NCBI GenBank assembly: GCA_030390025.1
Contig: CM059449.1
Span: 35,588,001 to 35,652,000, forward strand
Source of the DNA: Squalus acanthias
Taxonomy: Eukaryota
Direction: 5' to 3'
Length of the DNA: 64,000 nucleotides
Below are positions 13,501 through 25,737 of this stretch, one piece after another; positions within the stretch are counted from its first letter, which is position 1, and each line of letters starts with the position of its first letter. Below the pieces are notes generated by a model that was not told the DNA's origin, made no database searches, and worked only from the letters and a program-made list of their open reading frames with translations. The translations under genes and the position numbers were made by a program.

Positions 13501-14007
13501 AGTTTAGATGAAAAATAAAACAAAATGCTGATATATGAAACAAGTCCAAGTTTTTAGAAGTTTTTAAAATGTAATTTCAATAGAAGAGACGGAAAGCAGT
13601 TTCTGTGGGCGTGGCTTAGTTTGGGCAGCTTTTGTGGGCGTGTCTTCTCTTACGCACAGGCTGTCCGCTGCTCTCCTGCCCTTTGTGATGTCATTCGCTG
13701 CGCACAGCTCTGCAGCGCCGAAAGCATGTCTCCGTTCTGGGCCTTGCACAAGGTAAGATTGTACTCCGAGCTACACCGCCGATCGTAATTTTTGGGCCAG
13801 TATTTTACTTCGAGGCAACTCAGGAAAATAAGGATGTGCCGTGCATGGATAAATAGTTAGTCATCCTCAGGATTACCACGTCTAGGTGGCACAGAGAGTG
13901 ATTGATTTGAGTGAAGGAAAAATCAGCATTAATTAGTACACTTTTTTTGTTCCAATTACGTGTGATGTCCATAATCGTGATTTATTTACCCACTCTCGCA
14001 CTTGCAG

Positions 14008-14897
14008 CCAACTTGGTCAAAATTGTGATTCTCTTCCGGGGAAAACGCGGCCACTCCATGTAAATCACTATTTACCTGGTGGCCATGGCATTGGCCGATC
14101 TGCTGGTCCTGATATTTGGCGGGGTCCTGTATGAGATGAAAGCAATTTATTTCCCGGATTCATTCCTGGACTACACTCCGGTCTGCAGTCAGAATGTCTT
14201 CCTTATTTATGCTTCTATTGAATGTTCTGTCTGATTAACTGTCGCTTTCACCTTTGATCGATTTGTCGCCATTTGTTGCCAAAAAATAAGAACTCAATAT
14301 TGCACCGAAAAAACTGCGGCAGTGGTTGTAGCAACGATATCGGGGCTGAGCATTTTTGAAAATTTCCCAATGTACTTTATTTTAGTACCTCGCGCAATAA
14401 TTGACAATATACCGTAGTTCTGTGAACTGAACTCAAAACTCTATACTGTACATATAAGGGTTATATTCTTATGGCTTGACATAGTTTAAATCCCTTTTAT
14501 TCCTTTTCTTTTGTTTTTGATATTCAATGGTCTGACCATCAGGCAATTTCTACTGAAAAGTAGAATCAGGAGGGATCTCCGGAGAATCGACAGTGACCCA
14601 GAAATGAACAACCGCAGGAAATCCATCGTTTTACTGCTGGCCATATCTGGCAGTTTTATCCTGTTATAGATGGTAAGTTTAATTCATTATATATCTGTAC
14701 AAATTATGGATATTCAATACTTGCACACAGACTGCAGTAATCCGTTCAACATTTTGGAACAAACTGGATATATGCTGCAGAATATGAGTCCTTGCACAAA
14801 TACCATCATTTATGCAGTGTCCCAGACTAAATTCAGAGTGGAGTTAAAGAATCTGATTCAATATCCCTTGTCTGTAATTACTAAGTTAGGGAAATAA
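14008..14897 (+). pseudogene. GPR139-like class A GPCR pseudogene A, exon 2 (TM1-TM7)
   Basis: Acceptor TTGCAG|CC. Translation includes ANLVKIVIL..YLVAMALADLLVL..LTVAFTFDRFVAICC..YCTEKTA..DPEMNNRRKSIVLLLAISGSF..CTNTIIYAVSQTKFR. In-frame stops at 14061, 14232, 14415, 14487 and 14667; no frameshift. Confidence 0.92.
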
Positions 14898-15877
14898 TTA
14901 GAAGGTCTGAGTCTAACCAGAGCTGACTACAAAGAATTGAGACTCGCTTCCATCTTATTTATTCAACACGGGCAGCAGCCGATCAGCCGCTTGTTATTCG
15001 CCCAACACCATGTGCTTTTCGGTAGAGTTTAATAGAGAGGAAAGTCGCGCGGGAGTGTAATGAGCGTCCGACCTGCTCCCGCCTATTTTGCGCCGCACCT
15101 GAAGGTGAATTTCACCCCTGGTCGGTGGAACTTTCACCTCTGGCGGGAGCGAGGTCAATGGAAGGAGATTCGGGCGGCGTTTATAGACAACAGACGATCC
15201 AATTCTCCCCATTTTACTCCACGCCGAAGTAGAAAGTTCCCTGGAAAATTTTCCCTTTTTGCATTTGTGTGACATTTTAACTTTCAACTTGACTCTCTGG
15301 CGAAGATTTTCACGTTGTCGCTGGAGCCTGAAATCGATGTTGCAGATTGGCCACCGGTGCTAGAAATTCGTCTTATTCTCATTCCCATTGTAACCACAGG
15401 GTTAGCAGCAGAGTACTACACTGGCCTCGCTCCCTTCAGTTACAGAGGGAGAAGTGGCCTCGGGATTTGCTCCGGACAACTGTGTTGGCGATGCTGCTGG
15501 TGAAATGTGAGTGTGTGGACAGGATCGGGCGCGGCTGTGTTTCCAGTAATTGAACAGTGTTTGCAGTCACTGTTTCTGCTCACAGATGGAGACTGTCTAC
15601 CTGAGGCCAATGTCGGAGTCAATTGTACTAATTAGGAAGGTATAAATATTAACAAAACAAAATTTTAAATCCCTGGCGTGCCATTATTCAGTGCGGCCGT
15701 TACGTAATGTCTAAAACGCCAGTTTGTGCAAATGCAGATGAGATTTGACAATGTGCCTTCAAAGTTAAACAAGTTAGTAATATTTGAATTAAGTGACTGA
15801 AACATAAGTCGGGGTGAAATGTTTATGCAAATTGAGTTGTTTCAGTAGTAAAGCAATTGCACTTAGATGAATACATG

Positions 15878-16803
15878 GAAATTCATATATCCAAATTTGC
15901 CGACGACACAAAATAGGTGGAATTGTAGGCAGTGTAGATGGAAGCATAACATTGCAAAGGGATATTGACAGATTAAGTGAATGGGCAAAACTGTGGCAAA
16001 TTGATTTCAATGGAGGCAAATGTGAGGTCATTCACTTTGGACCTAAAAAGGATAGAACAGGATACTTTCTAAATGGTGAATTCTACAAACAGTGGAGGTC
16101 CAAAGAGACTTGGGGGACCATGTACATAGATGATTAAAATGTCATCAACAGGTACAAAAAATATTCAAAAAGGCTAATGGGATGCTGGTCTTTATATATA
16201 GAGTTCTAGAATACAAGAGGGTTGAACTTATGCTGCAGCTGTACAAAACCCTGGTTAGACCGCACTTGGAGTACTGTGAACAGTTCTGGGCACCACATCT
16301 TAGGAACCATTTATTGGCCATGGAGGGAGTGCAGCGTAAGTTTACCAGAATGATATCCGGACTTCAAGGGTTAAGTTACAAGGAGAGATTGCACAAATTA
16401 GGGTTGTATTCCCTAGAATTTAGAAGGTTAAGAGGTGATCTGATCGAAATTTTCATGATATTAAGGGATACAGAAAGGGTAGACAGAGAGAAACTATTTC
16501 CACTGGATGGGAATTCTAGGCCTAGGGGGCATAGTCTAAAAATTAGAGACAGACCTTTTAGGAGTGAAATTAGCAAATACTTCTACACACAAAGGGTGGT
16601 GGAAGTTTGGAACACTCTGCCGCAAACGGCAATTGATGCTAGAACAATTGTTAATAGTAAATCGTAGATTAATAGCTTTCTGTTAACCAAAGGTATTAAG
16701 GGCTATGGTGTAAAGGTGCATATATTGAGTTAGGTCGCAGATCAGCCAGGGTCTCATTTAATGGCGGATCAGGCTTAATCCTCTTCCTATGTTCATATGT
16801 TCC
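15878..16803 (+). mobile_element. CR1-type LINE, 5'-truncated (RT C-terminus plus 3' tail)
   Basis: ORFs 15952-16137 (QRDIDRLSEWA..FNGGKCEVIHFG) and 16182-16667 (LYKTLVRPHLEYC, RRLRGDLIE). Confidence 0.9.
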
Positions 16804-17206
16804 TCTGATTAACGATGATTATTTCAGCGTGTTCTTGGATCCAAAGCAATTCTCGCCTTTGACCCTCTCAGGTTCTGGGTAAACACCTTTGAAATCTAGG
16901 GAGTGAAATCCAAATGTTAGACAATCCCGAGATGATGGTGCAGAGCACAGTACAGAGAATGAAGTGACTTGTTCATTCTCTTTACATGGTCCTTCCCCTT
17001 CACTGTAGCTCAGTGGCAGTTCGTTTAGTGCACAGGAGCAGCGGGACTAAAGAGTGGTCGATTCTCACTGCTTTCGCCCGGCGTTAACGGGGCGGTAATG
17101 GCTTCCAAATGGGGTCGGTAGCCTTATCTTCCCGGTAACGTTGTGCAGGTTCCAATCAGTTCCACAGGCGATGGAACCGGAGAGATTTGCTTGCACTCCG
17201 GACTGC

Positions 17207-17416
17207 CGGGCTGCCAAGTCACTATCGCCCGATTTGCTGCCAAGTCGCAATCGCCATTTTGCTGCCATGTCACTATCGCCCGATTTGCTGGCAAGTAGCT
17301 CTCTCCCATTTTGCTGCCAAGTCGCTTTCTCCCATTTCGCTGCTAAGTTGATCTCTCCCATTTTGCTGGCAATTCGCTCTCTCCCATTTTGCTGCCAAGT
17401 CATTATCACCCGATTT
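17207..17416. repeat. Degenerate ~24-26 bp tandem repeat (CTGCCAAGTCRCT..CCSATTTG)
   Basis: About 8 imperfect units. They explain the repetitive ORFs at 17065-17476. Confidence 0.75.
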
Positions 17417-17448
17417 GAACTACCGCCCAAGACAATTTTATACCCCAA

Positions 17449-17631
17449 TGGGTGTCATTTTAATTATTGGTGTTAATGTAAAACGGGCGATATTGAATTG
17501 GGTATCTGTTATTCACCTCTTCCGATTTTTCCATGAAGTCAATGGGAAAGAAAATTGGGGGAGGTGTGTAACGGGCGGCTGATCAGATATCGCCCGTTTT
17601 ACCCTATCTCCAAATCTGAAAATGACTCCCA
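17449..17631. mobile_element. Representative of an abundant ~140-220 bp palindromic MITE family
   Basis: Inverted arms GTAAAACGGGCGATAT.../...ATATCGCCCGTTTTAC with a central CCATTGACTTCAATGG-like palindrome. Similar copies lie near 11708-11892, 18400-18560, 23660-23793, 25303-25444, 26080-26298, 27959-28143, 28438-28602, 32369-32548, 36290-36470 and 37740-37926. Confidence 0.75.
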
Positions 17632-18624
17632 ATGACTCTCCAACCTGTCTTGCCGCTATGAAGGTGCCATGATCGCAGTAGACACGGGCAATATTTGCCC
17701 TAATGGGGCATTATTTTTAACACCTGGGAGTTCTAGTTCGCTTTGTGCTCTTCTGATTACATTTCTACCCTTTACCTTAATGTCACTCTGAAGCCATTTA
17801 CATCACAACCTTAGATTTGGTGTGAAGGGATATTCTGGAGGAGGCAGTCTCCCTCTACTTCACCTGGTAGTCAGGTGGGGTCCTGGATCTGGACTTACAC
17901 TTAAACATCTGGCGATAAGCCAAACCAGCCCTTAGGGATCCTCAGGCTGCAGTGTGAATGTGGCCTATGGGAAGAGAAAGTACTCGCTCCAATGCAGAAT
18001 CAGGAACGCTATTAAACTTGCATTGTCACTGAGACAATTAGTGTGGATCTGTGTCCTGTCAGCCCACTTTCATTCACTTCTAGGAATTAAGGTTCGCCTT
18101 TAAAACGTTTCAGAGGAATTGACCCTTTCCATGAAGTGTGATGCTGACCTCCATTCTTAAATCTGGGTTCTTTTGATTGGCAGGTTGTGGGGTGCTGCAT
18201 AAGGAAGTATTTCAAGTATCCACCTTGTCCGAAAAGACACACTTTCAGAGAGAACACTTGATGATGTTGGTAATAAAGGTTTTTTAGCAAGTATGCTTCC
18301 CTCTGAACATATCAATCAAACATAAAATCATGTTGATGCTGATGGTGTTACCATGGGGAAAGTTTTCATGTGTGGGCCACCTGTTAGAAAACGTAAAGAG
18401 GTGACATTGGGCTCAGGCGGTAGCGCCAAATGGCGATAGCAAATCACCAGCCAGTTTCACAACAACCCCATGGGCTTTTCTATTGACTTCAATGAAAGGG
18501 CGGCCGATTCACAAGTGGATATTTTGTGTTATCGTCGAAGACCAATTTCGCCCCCTAAATTGATTAACAAAGAACTGGATTTCAATTTCACTACACTTAG
18601 GGCACGTGCATATCGAAATAAACA

Positions 18625-19255
18625 GAAGTTACAACATGGAAACAAATCCTTCAGCCCAACCAGTGCGTATCGGCATTTACTCTCCACACGAGTAAATATT
18701 ACTAATCACATTTACCCACCCTGTTCTCATATCCCTTCAACCCCTTTTCCCTTTGTCCAACTTCTCAATCTAATCTTAAATGTTGTGATAGTTTCTGCCT
18801 CAACTTCTCTCACTGGAAATGGATTCCACAGCCTCACAACGCTCCGTGAAAAGAATCGTCTCCTACCTTCTGTTCTAAATCTCTAACATTTAACGTGGTA
18901 TCTATAACCCCTCAATTTTGACCTTCAACTATTGGAAACCGTCTGCTTCTATCTACCCTGAGCCATCCTTCCATCATTTTAAACACTTGTATTATGTCAC
19001 CCGGTATAGCATTGTTCAAATAAAAATGCGCATTTTCCAAGCCTTTCCTTATATTTGTGTTTCCTTCTATCAGGCCGCATCCTAGAGAATTCACCTTGTA
19101 GCTTCTCGAAAGCTCAAGATCCCACCTATCGCGTGAAATTCAATACTGCACACAGTGCTCTAACTCAGGGCTTATTAAGGTTTTATAGAGGCTCATAGTT
19201 ACGTCTTGGCTGAAATGTTCTGTACCTTTGGGGTTAAACCTAGAATTCCATTAGT
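18625..19255 (-). mobile_element. Old CR1 LINE 3' fragment
   Basis: Minus frame DIIQVFKMMEGWLRVDRSRRFP and a CR1-type 3' UTR. Confidence 0.6.
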
Positions 19256-19344
19256 AAGTTTGCCACGATAAGATACCATTTGTTCTCAAACAATTCAATA
19301 GATGAACCATTTTAATCCCACTCCAGAGAATTGAGCATTAAAAT

Positions 19345-20728
19345 CTAGGCTGATAGTAGTAGGGAAAATGCTAGAGTCTATTATAAAGGATGTGATAACA
19401 GGACACTTAGAAAATATCAACGGGATGAGACAAAGTCAACATGGATTTATGAAAGGTAAATCGTGTTTGTCATACCTACTGGAGATTTTTGAGGATGTAA
19501 CTGGTAGAATAGATAAGGGAGAACCAGTGGATGTGGTGTATTTGGATTTTCAGAAAACCTTTGATAAAGTCCCACATAAGAGGTTAGTGTGCAAAATTAA
19601 AGCACATGGGATTGGGGATAATACACTGGCATGGATTGGAAATTGGTTAACAGACAGGAAACAGAGAGTAGGAATAAATGGGACTTGTTCGGGGTGGCAG
19701 GCGGTGACTAGTGGGGTACCGCAGGGATCAGTGCTTGGGCCGCAGCTATTCACAATATAAATCAGTGATTTGGATGAGGAAACCAAATGTAATATTTCCC
19801 AGTTTGCTGACGACACGAAACTTGGAGGGATTGTGAGTTGTGAGGAGGATGCAAAGAGGCTTCAAGGCGATTTAGGCAAGTTGATTGAGTGGGCAAATAC
19901 ATGTCTGATGCAGTATAACGTAGATAAATGTGAAGTTATCCACTTCGGTAGGAAAAACAGAAAGGTAGAGCATTATTTAAATGGTGATAGATTGGGAAAT
20001 GTTCATGTACAAAGGGACCTGGGTGTTCTTGTACACCAGTCACTGAAAGCAAACATGCACGTGCAGCAAGCAGTTAGGAAGTCAAATGCTATGTTGGCCT
20101 TCATTGCAAGAGGATTTGAGTACAGGAGGAAGGATGTTTTACTACAGTTATACAGGGTCTTGGTGCGACCACACCTGGAGTACTGTGTGCAGTTTTGTCT
20201 CCTTACGTAAGAAAGGATATACTTGCCATCGAGGGGAGCAACGAAGGTTCACCAGACGGATTCCTGGGATGGAAGGACTGTCGTATGAGGAGAGATTGGT
20301 TTGACTAGGCCTGTATTCATTAGAGTTTAGAAGAATGAGAAGGGATCTCATTTAAACGTATTAAATTCTGACAGGGCTAGAAAGACTGGATGCAGGCAGG
20401 ATGTTTCCCCTGGCTGGGGGGGGGGGGGTGTCTAGAACGAGGGGTCACAGTCTCAGGATACCGGCTAGGACATTTAGGACTGAGATGAGGAGAAGTTTCT
20501 TCACTCAGAGGGTGGTGAACCTGTGGAATTCTCTACCACAGAAGGCTGTGGAGGCCCAGTCACTGAATATATTTAAGAAGGATATAGATAGATTTCTAGA
20601 TGCAAAAGTCATTGGGGGTATGGGGAGAGAGCGGGAATATGGTATTGAGATAGAGGATCAGCCATGATTATATTGAATGACGGAGCAGTCTCGATGGGCC
20701 GAATGGCCTATTCCTGCTCCTATTTTTC
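19345..20728 (+). mobile_element. CR1-type LINE, 5'-truncated RT
   Basis: QHGFMKGKSCL, VDVVYLDFQKTFDKVPH, SGVPQGSVLGP, FADDTKLG, LVRPHLEYCVQF, with stops and frameshifts. Confidence 0.93.
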
Positions 20729-20737
20729 AATGTTTGT

Positions 20738-21108
20738 ATGACACTCCAGTGCAGTACTGAGGAAGTGCCGAACTGTCGGAGGTGCCGTCCTTCAGATGAG
20801 ATGTTAAACCGAGGCCCTATCTGCCCTCTCAGGTGGATGCAAAAGATCCCATGACACCAGCTCGAAGAAGAGCAGGGGAGATCTCTCCGGTTTCCTGGCC
20901 AATATTTATCCCTCATTCACGATCATTAAAAACAGATTATCATTATCGCACCACTTTTTGCGGGAACTTGCTGTGCGCAACTTGGATGCCGCGTTTCCTA
21001 CATTACAACAGTGACTACCCTGAAAATGAAAGTACTTCATTGGCTGTAAAGCACTTTGGGACGTCCTGAGGTCGTGAAAGGCGCGCGATATAAATGAAAG
21101 TTTTTCTT
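20738..21108 (+). mobile_element. Deu-domain SINE (SacSINE1/AmnSINE1 superfamily)
   Basis: GTGCAGTACTGAGG...GGAGGTGCCGTC...GTTAAACCGAGGCCC...AAAAGATCCCATG...CCTGGCCAATATTTATCCCTCA core and a GGACGTCCTGAGGTCGTGAAAGGCGC tail. The 3' half recurs at 57548-57735. Confidence 0.75.
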
Positions 21109-21232
21109 TTTCTTTCTTTATAACAGATATTTACAATTCAAATATAATCCTGGGGCAGGCCAAAGGATTTTCTGCAAAGCCGCTGTGTCATACTTTTACA
21201 AACAGGGGTGTAACATTATACCCTCGCCTTAC

Positions 21233-21338
21233 CTCTGTTTTTTCCTCCACATATAGATTAAAACTATAACGATAGCCAGCGACACCAGTACACACACGAC
21301 AATCAGCCCCACATGCTTGACTTTCTCTACTTTTCCTT
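21233..21338 (-). CDS. MHC class I-like heavy chain, connecting peptide/TM exon (EGKVEKVKHVGLIVVCVLVSLAIVIVLIYMWRKKQR)
   Basis: Acceptor TTTTTCAG|AA is phase-compatible with alpha3. A hydrophobic stretch of about 22 residues is followed by RKK stop-transfer residues, then donor GAG|GTAAGG (read-through gives AGG TAA). Absent from the ORF track because it is short. Confidence 0.85.
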
Positions 21339-22244
21339 CTGAAAAATATTGGCAAGGGTTGTATAATTATATGTGCGGATTGACAGTTGTATATATAATC
21401 CGTGGAAATCTATGGCCCTGCTCATGGTAAGTAGGATGATGCGCTGTTTTATATGGACAGTATCCCTACACCATATAATGCACAATGTATTATTTCATTA
21501 AGGTTTCTTTAAAGCCACAAACTTCACTTTTTGTGAATAAAGCACAGATTCTGGTCAAAGACAGGTGGTCAGGCTGTAAAGGTGACTGGGGGGTGGTGGA
21601 GGAAGAAGCAATGACTGTGAAGAATGAAGCATGGATTCTAGACTGATCGGTGCTGGGCCAGCGATAAGAATGTGCTGCTGGGAGGCCAGTGGAAAAAGGT
21701 TGTGGTCGTGGTGCTCAGCGAGGCAGGGGAAGCTAGCAGTCCTCTACCACGCAAACCCCCATGGATCGCTGTGTGAGGGGAGCCAGGTAGGAAAGTGGCA
21801 GAGGTCTGTGTCTGCGGGCCTGGTGAAAGGGGCAATATGAGGGGTAAGTAATGGCAGTTGAATAGATAATGCCACTGTGCCAGCTCCCAGGGCTGGGGGA
21901 TCGAGCTTCTGACCGTCCCCGCAGCTCTGTGTGATGGGATGGGGCTCAAGGTGCAAAGTTTACATTTAATTCACACAGTTAAATCTTTGCTCCCTTTTAC
22001 TTATCCACAGCAATATCACTGCTGTCTCCAAAACCCAGACTGCTCCACAGTGCCACTCAGTGGTCAGCGTCTGTAACTGCTTACAGACTCCGTTTCTTTA
22101 ATGCGAATTTTCAATGTACTGCAAGAGCAGGTTTGTGGTATCGTTCAACAATAGGCGGCACCCTATCATTTTCAATCTGTCACCTAATGTAATGTTAGAT
22201 TGGTGCAGCAGCTTCGGAATCTTAACCACAGTCACCATTTTCAA

Positions 22245-23390
22245 AATAGACAGATAGAAATCGCGAGATAGATAGATAGAGNNNNNNNNNNNNNNNNNNN
22301 NNNNNNNNNNNNNNNNNNNNNNNNNNNNNNNNNNNNNNNNNNNNNNNNNNNNNNNNNNNNNNNNNNNNNNNNNNNNNNNNNNNNNNNNNNNNNNNNNNNN
22401 NNNNNNNNNNNNNNNNNNNNNNNNNNNNNNNNNNNNNNNNNNNNNNNNNNNNNNNNNNNNNNNNNNNNNNNNNNNNNNNNNNNNNNNNNNNNNNNNNNNN
22501 NNNNNNNNNNNNNNNNNNNNNNNNNNNNNNNNNNNNNNNNNNNNNNNNNNNNNNNNNNNNNNNNNNNNNNNNNNNNNNNNNNNNNNNNNNNNNNNNNNNN
22601 NNNNNNNNNNNNNNNNNNNNNNNNNNNNNNNNNNNNNNNNNNNNNNNNNNNNNNNNNNNNNNNNNNNNNNNNNNNNNNNNNNNNNNNNNNNNNNNNNNNN
22701 NNNNNNNNNNNNNNNNNNNNNNNNNNNNNNNNNNNNNNNNNNNNNNNNNNNNNNNNNNNNNNNNNNNNNNNNNNNNNNNNNNNNNNNNNNNNNNNNNNNN
22801 NNNNNNNNNNNNNNNNNNNNNNNNNNNNNNNNNNNNNNNNNNNNNNNNNNNNNNNNNNNNNNNNNNNNNNNNNNNNNNNNNNNNNNNNNNNNNNNNNNNN
22901 NNNNNNNNNNNNNNNNNNNNNNNNNNNNNNNNNNNNNNNNNNNNNNNNNNNNNNNNNNNNNNNNNNNNNNNNNNNNNNNNNNNNNNNNNNNNNNNNNNNN
23001 NNNNNNNNNNNNNNNNNNNNNNNNNNNNNNNNNNNNNNNNNNNNNNNNNNNNNNNNNNNNNNNNNNNNNNNNNNNNNNCAGAGATATACAGACAGAGAGA
23101 CAGACAGAGAGAGACAGTCAGACNNNNNNNNNNNNNNNNNNNNNNNNNNNNNNNNNNNNNNNNNNNNNNNNNNNNNNNNNNNNNNNNNNNNNNNNNNNNN
23201 NNNNNNNNNNNNNNNNNNNNNNNNNNNNNNNNNNNNNNNNNNNNNNNNNNNNNNNNNNNNNNNNNNNNNNNNNNNNNNNNNNNNNNNNNNNNNNNNNNNN
23301 NNNNNNNTGGGACGGAGAGAGAGAGAGAGAGAGAGAGACATAGTTAGAGAGACAAGGAGACAGATAGAGAGAAAGACAGACAGACAGATC
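22245..23390. other. (GATA/GACA/GA)n microsatellite region with assembly gaps 22282-23078 and 23124-23307
   Basis: N runs flanked by GATA/GACA/GA repeats, inside MHC intron 4. Confidence 0.95.
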
Positions 23391-24966
23391 TGATTATAGG
23401 AAGCTGTGTATATGCAGCCCATAAAAGAGACCTTTAATGAACCGATTGTCTAATGGAAGGGATTGTATTAAACAACTGGGAACTGCGCAGGTTGGGCCGC
23501 AACATCTGGAACTTGCCCTCAGCAGAGGATCAACGCAGTAACCGACCAGAAATACAATTCCAGGTCATAAGGATCATCCTACCTGTTCCCCTGAGGGAGG
23601 CACCTTTCCATGGAGAGACCTGAATGAGCAGCACCGTTATCTATTAAACAATTTGTGGTAGATTTTCACCGTGCCGCTCTGGTGTGAAATTGTCGCTGTG
23701 GATCAGCCGCCTGTCACACAAACTGCCCGCTTTTCATTCCCATTGGAGGCAACTCCGGTTTTACACCCGGGCGGCAGGTTGGAAATCTACCCCGCTGTGT
23801 CTAAACCAATAGCAGGAGGTTCCCCTGGAGACATTTGGTGACACTGTTAATCACCAACAGCAATTTCTAGGCTTATCTCCTGGGGTTCCCCTACAGCTGT
23901 CCCAACCATCATTCTTGCTGCAGCTCCTTGCTTTCTGGGCAAAGCCCACCGCCCCCACCTTCCCTGCCTGCAGCTCCCAGTGCACTTCGGCTCATCCCCG
24001 CCTCAGAAGCCCAGCCTCAGACTCACCCTTACCACCAGGCCGCATTATTTTCACCCCTCCCCCCCCCCCCATTTCACTACATTTTAATGACCTTTCCTCA
24101 CAACACTTCCCCACTCCTCCTCTAATATCCCAAAGTGAACCGTCCTCTCATTCCCCACCTGAACAAAGAGACAAGAGAAGCAAAAACACACTGAGGCTGA
24201 AAGGGAAATAGCTCAGCACAGAGCCAAAGTTCCAGCTCAGAAACCGAGCAGCTCCATCACCACAGTGAAAGGGAACAACAATGAGAAAGCAGAAACAAAG
24301 AGTGAAGCAACAGCAAGTCGGGGAAATAAAGAGTCTGATGTCTGAGAGTGGGTGGTGAATGTAGATTAATCCATTCTCTAACCCAGATAGACTGTGAACA
24401 GGGATTGATTTGTTATCTAACTCTGAGACCATGCAGTGTGTGTGAGGTGTGTGGGTATGGAGTGGAGATAGACAGCAAGAAGCAATGGGAAATACATCCA
24501 GATAAAGCAAGTGTGAGAAGCACACAATGAGGGGTAGGCGCAGATTATGGAAGTGTCAGAAGATAACAGAAATGGACTAAAAGAGAGAGCAAGAATGAAG
24601 AACAATCACAGACAGCCTGAAATACACAGATAATAAACGTGTTGTCTGATGTATGAAGAAATAGAGAGAAAGAAGAAGACAGAGAAAGTGATGGACAAGA
24701 AAAGACAGTTACAGGGAGTGGAAGATTTCAATGTTCCTGTTCTTGTCCATCAGCAACAGCCCGGGAGAGCCAATAGTAACCAATAAACATCACTGGGAGA
24801 CAGAATATCCGGTTCATTTGTAGAGGAATAGAGTAGTAAAGCAGGGAGGTAATGTGCAATTTGGTTCAGTCATTCATTTCATTGATCTCTTTCTGCTCTC
24901 TATCTCTGTATGGGTGAGTGTTGCTATTATTGATGGATTGTTCAGTATTGCTGCTCATGTCCTTAC

Positions 24967-25233
24967 CCCAGGAGACTGTTTTCCCACCCGGCAAGCTGCT
25001 GTGCTCAATATGACAGGAGTATTGTTTCCCATCATACGGATCAAATTCAAGGGTTGTCGTTAGTTGATACGTCCCATCGTGATTGGGTAATAGCCCAGTA
25101 GATTTGGTCTCAGGGGCATGTTCTCCATTCTTCAACCAGGTCACGCTGATGGACTGTGGATAAAATCCAGTCACAATGCAGTGGAGAAACCAACGATCAG
25201 CAGCCCTGGCAATAACTGAGACCTCAGGGGAAA
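24967..25233 (-). CDS. MHC class I-like heavy chain, alpha3 (Ig C1) exon
   Basis: 267 nt, phase 1-1, TAG|TT ... G|GTAAGG. Translation VSPEVSVIAR..LHCIVTGFYPQSISVTWLKNG..LLPNHDGTYQL..YSCHIEHSSL..VSW. Confidence 0.97.
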
Positions 25234-25461
25234 CTACATGATAGAACGACAGTTATTTTCAACTTCAATAAAAGTCACACATTTCAAAACAGAATGAATG
25301 AAGTCATTTTAACTTTTGCCACTAATGTAAAACAGGTGATATCGGATCAGCCGCCTGTTAAAGGAGAATGGGGAGAGGTTCATAACGGAAGCTGATCCAA
25401 TATCGCCAGTTCTACACTATCTCCAAAATTTAAATTTACCCCCAGTTTGTTCTGAACTTAC

Positions 25462-25737
25462 CTTGTCTGGTTAGTGAAGCATTTCCAATTGAATAGTATA
25501 TCCTCCATACATCCACACAGTCATTTTCTAATAAGCTCTTGAAATAAAGATTCATCTTTGTTTCCTTATCCCATTTCACTTTGAAGGTCTGAGCTATTGG
25601 ATCATGTACGGTCCAATCCAATTTGTCTTTATCGAAACTAAATGAGTATCTTCCATCATAAGCGAATTTCAACACCCCTACACTAGGATTGGCATCATTC
25701 AGCTCACAGCCAAACAGTCCTTGAATGTAGTGAATAC
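25462..25737 (-). CDS. MHC class I-like heavy chain, alpha2 exon
   Basis: 276 nt (canonical size), TTCTAG|GT ... AAG|GTAAGT. Translation SIHYIQGLFGCEL..FAYDG..KVKWD..LLENDCVDVWRIYYSIG, with the C101/C164 pair. Confidence 0.97.

Noticed and set aside
18087-18305. Possible class I cytoplasmic or last exon (would add RGKHTC-stop)
   Set aside because: Only a plausible acceptor supports it; there is no independent evidence.
22241-23422. 393-aa ORF, and ORFs at 43570-43900
   Set aside because: Artefacts of translating through N gaps and microsatellite.
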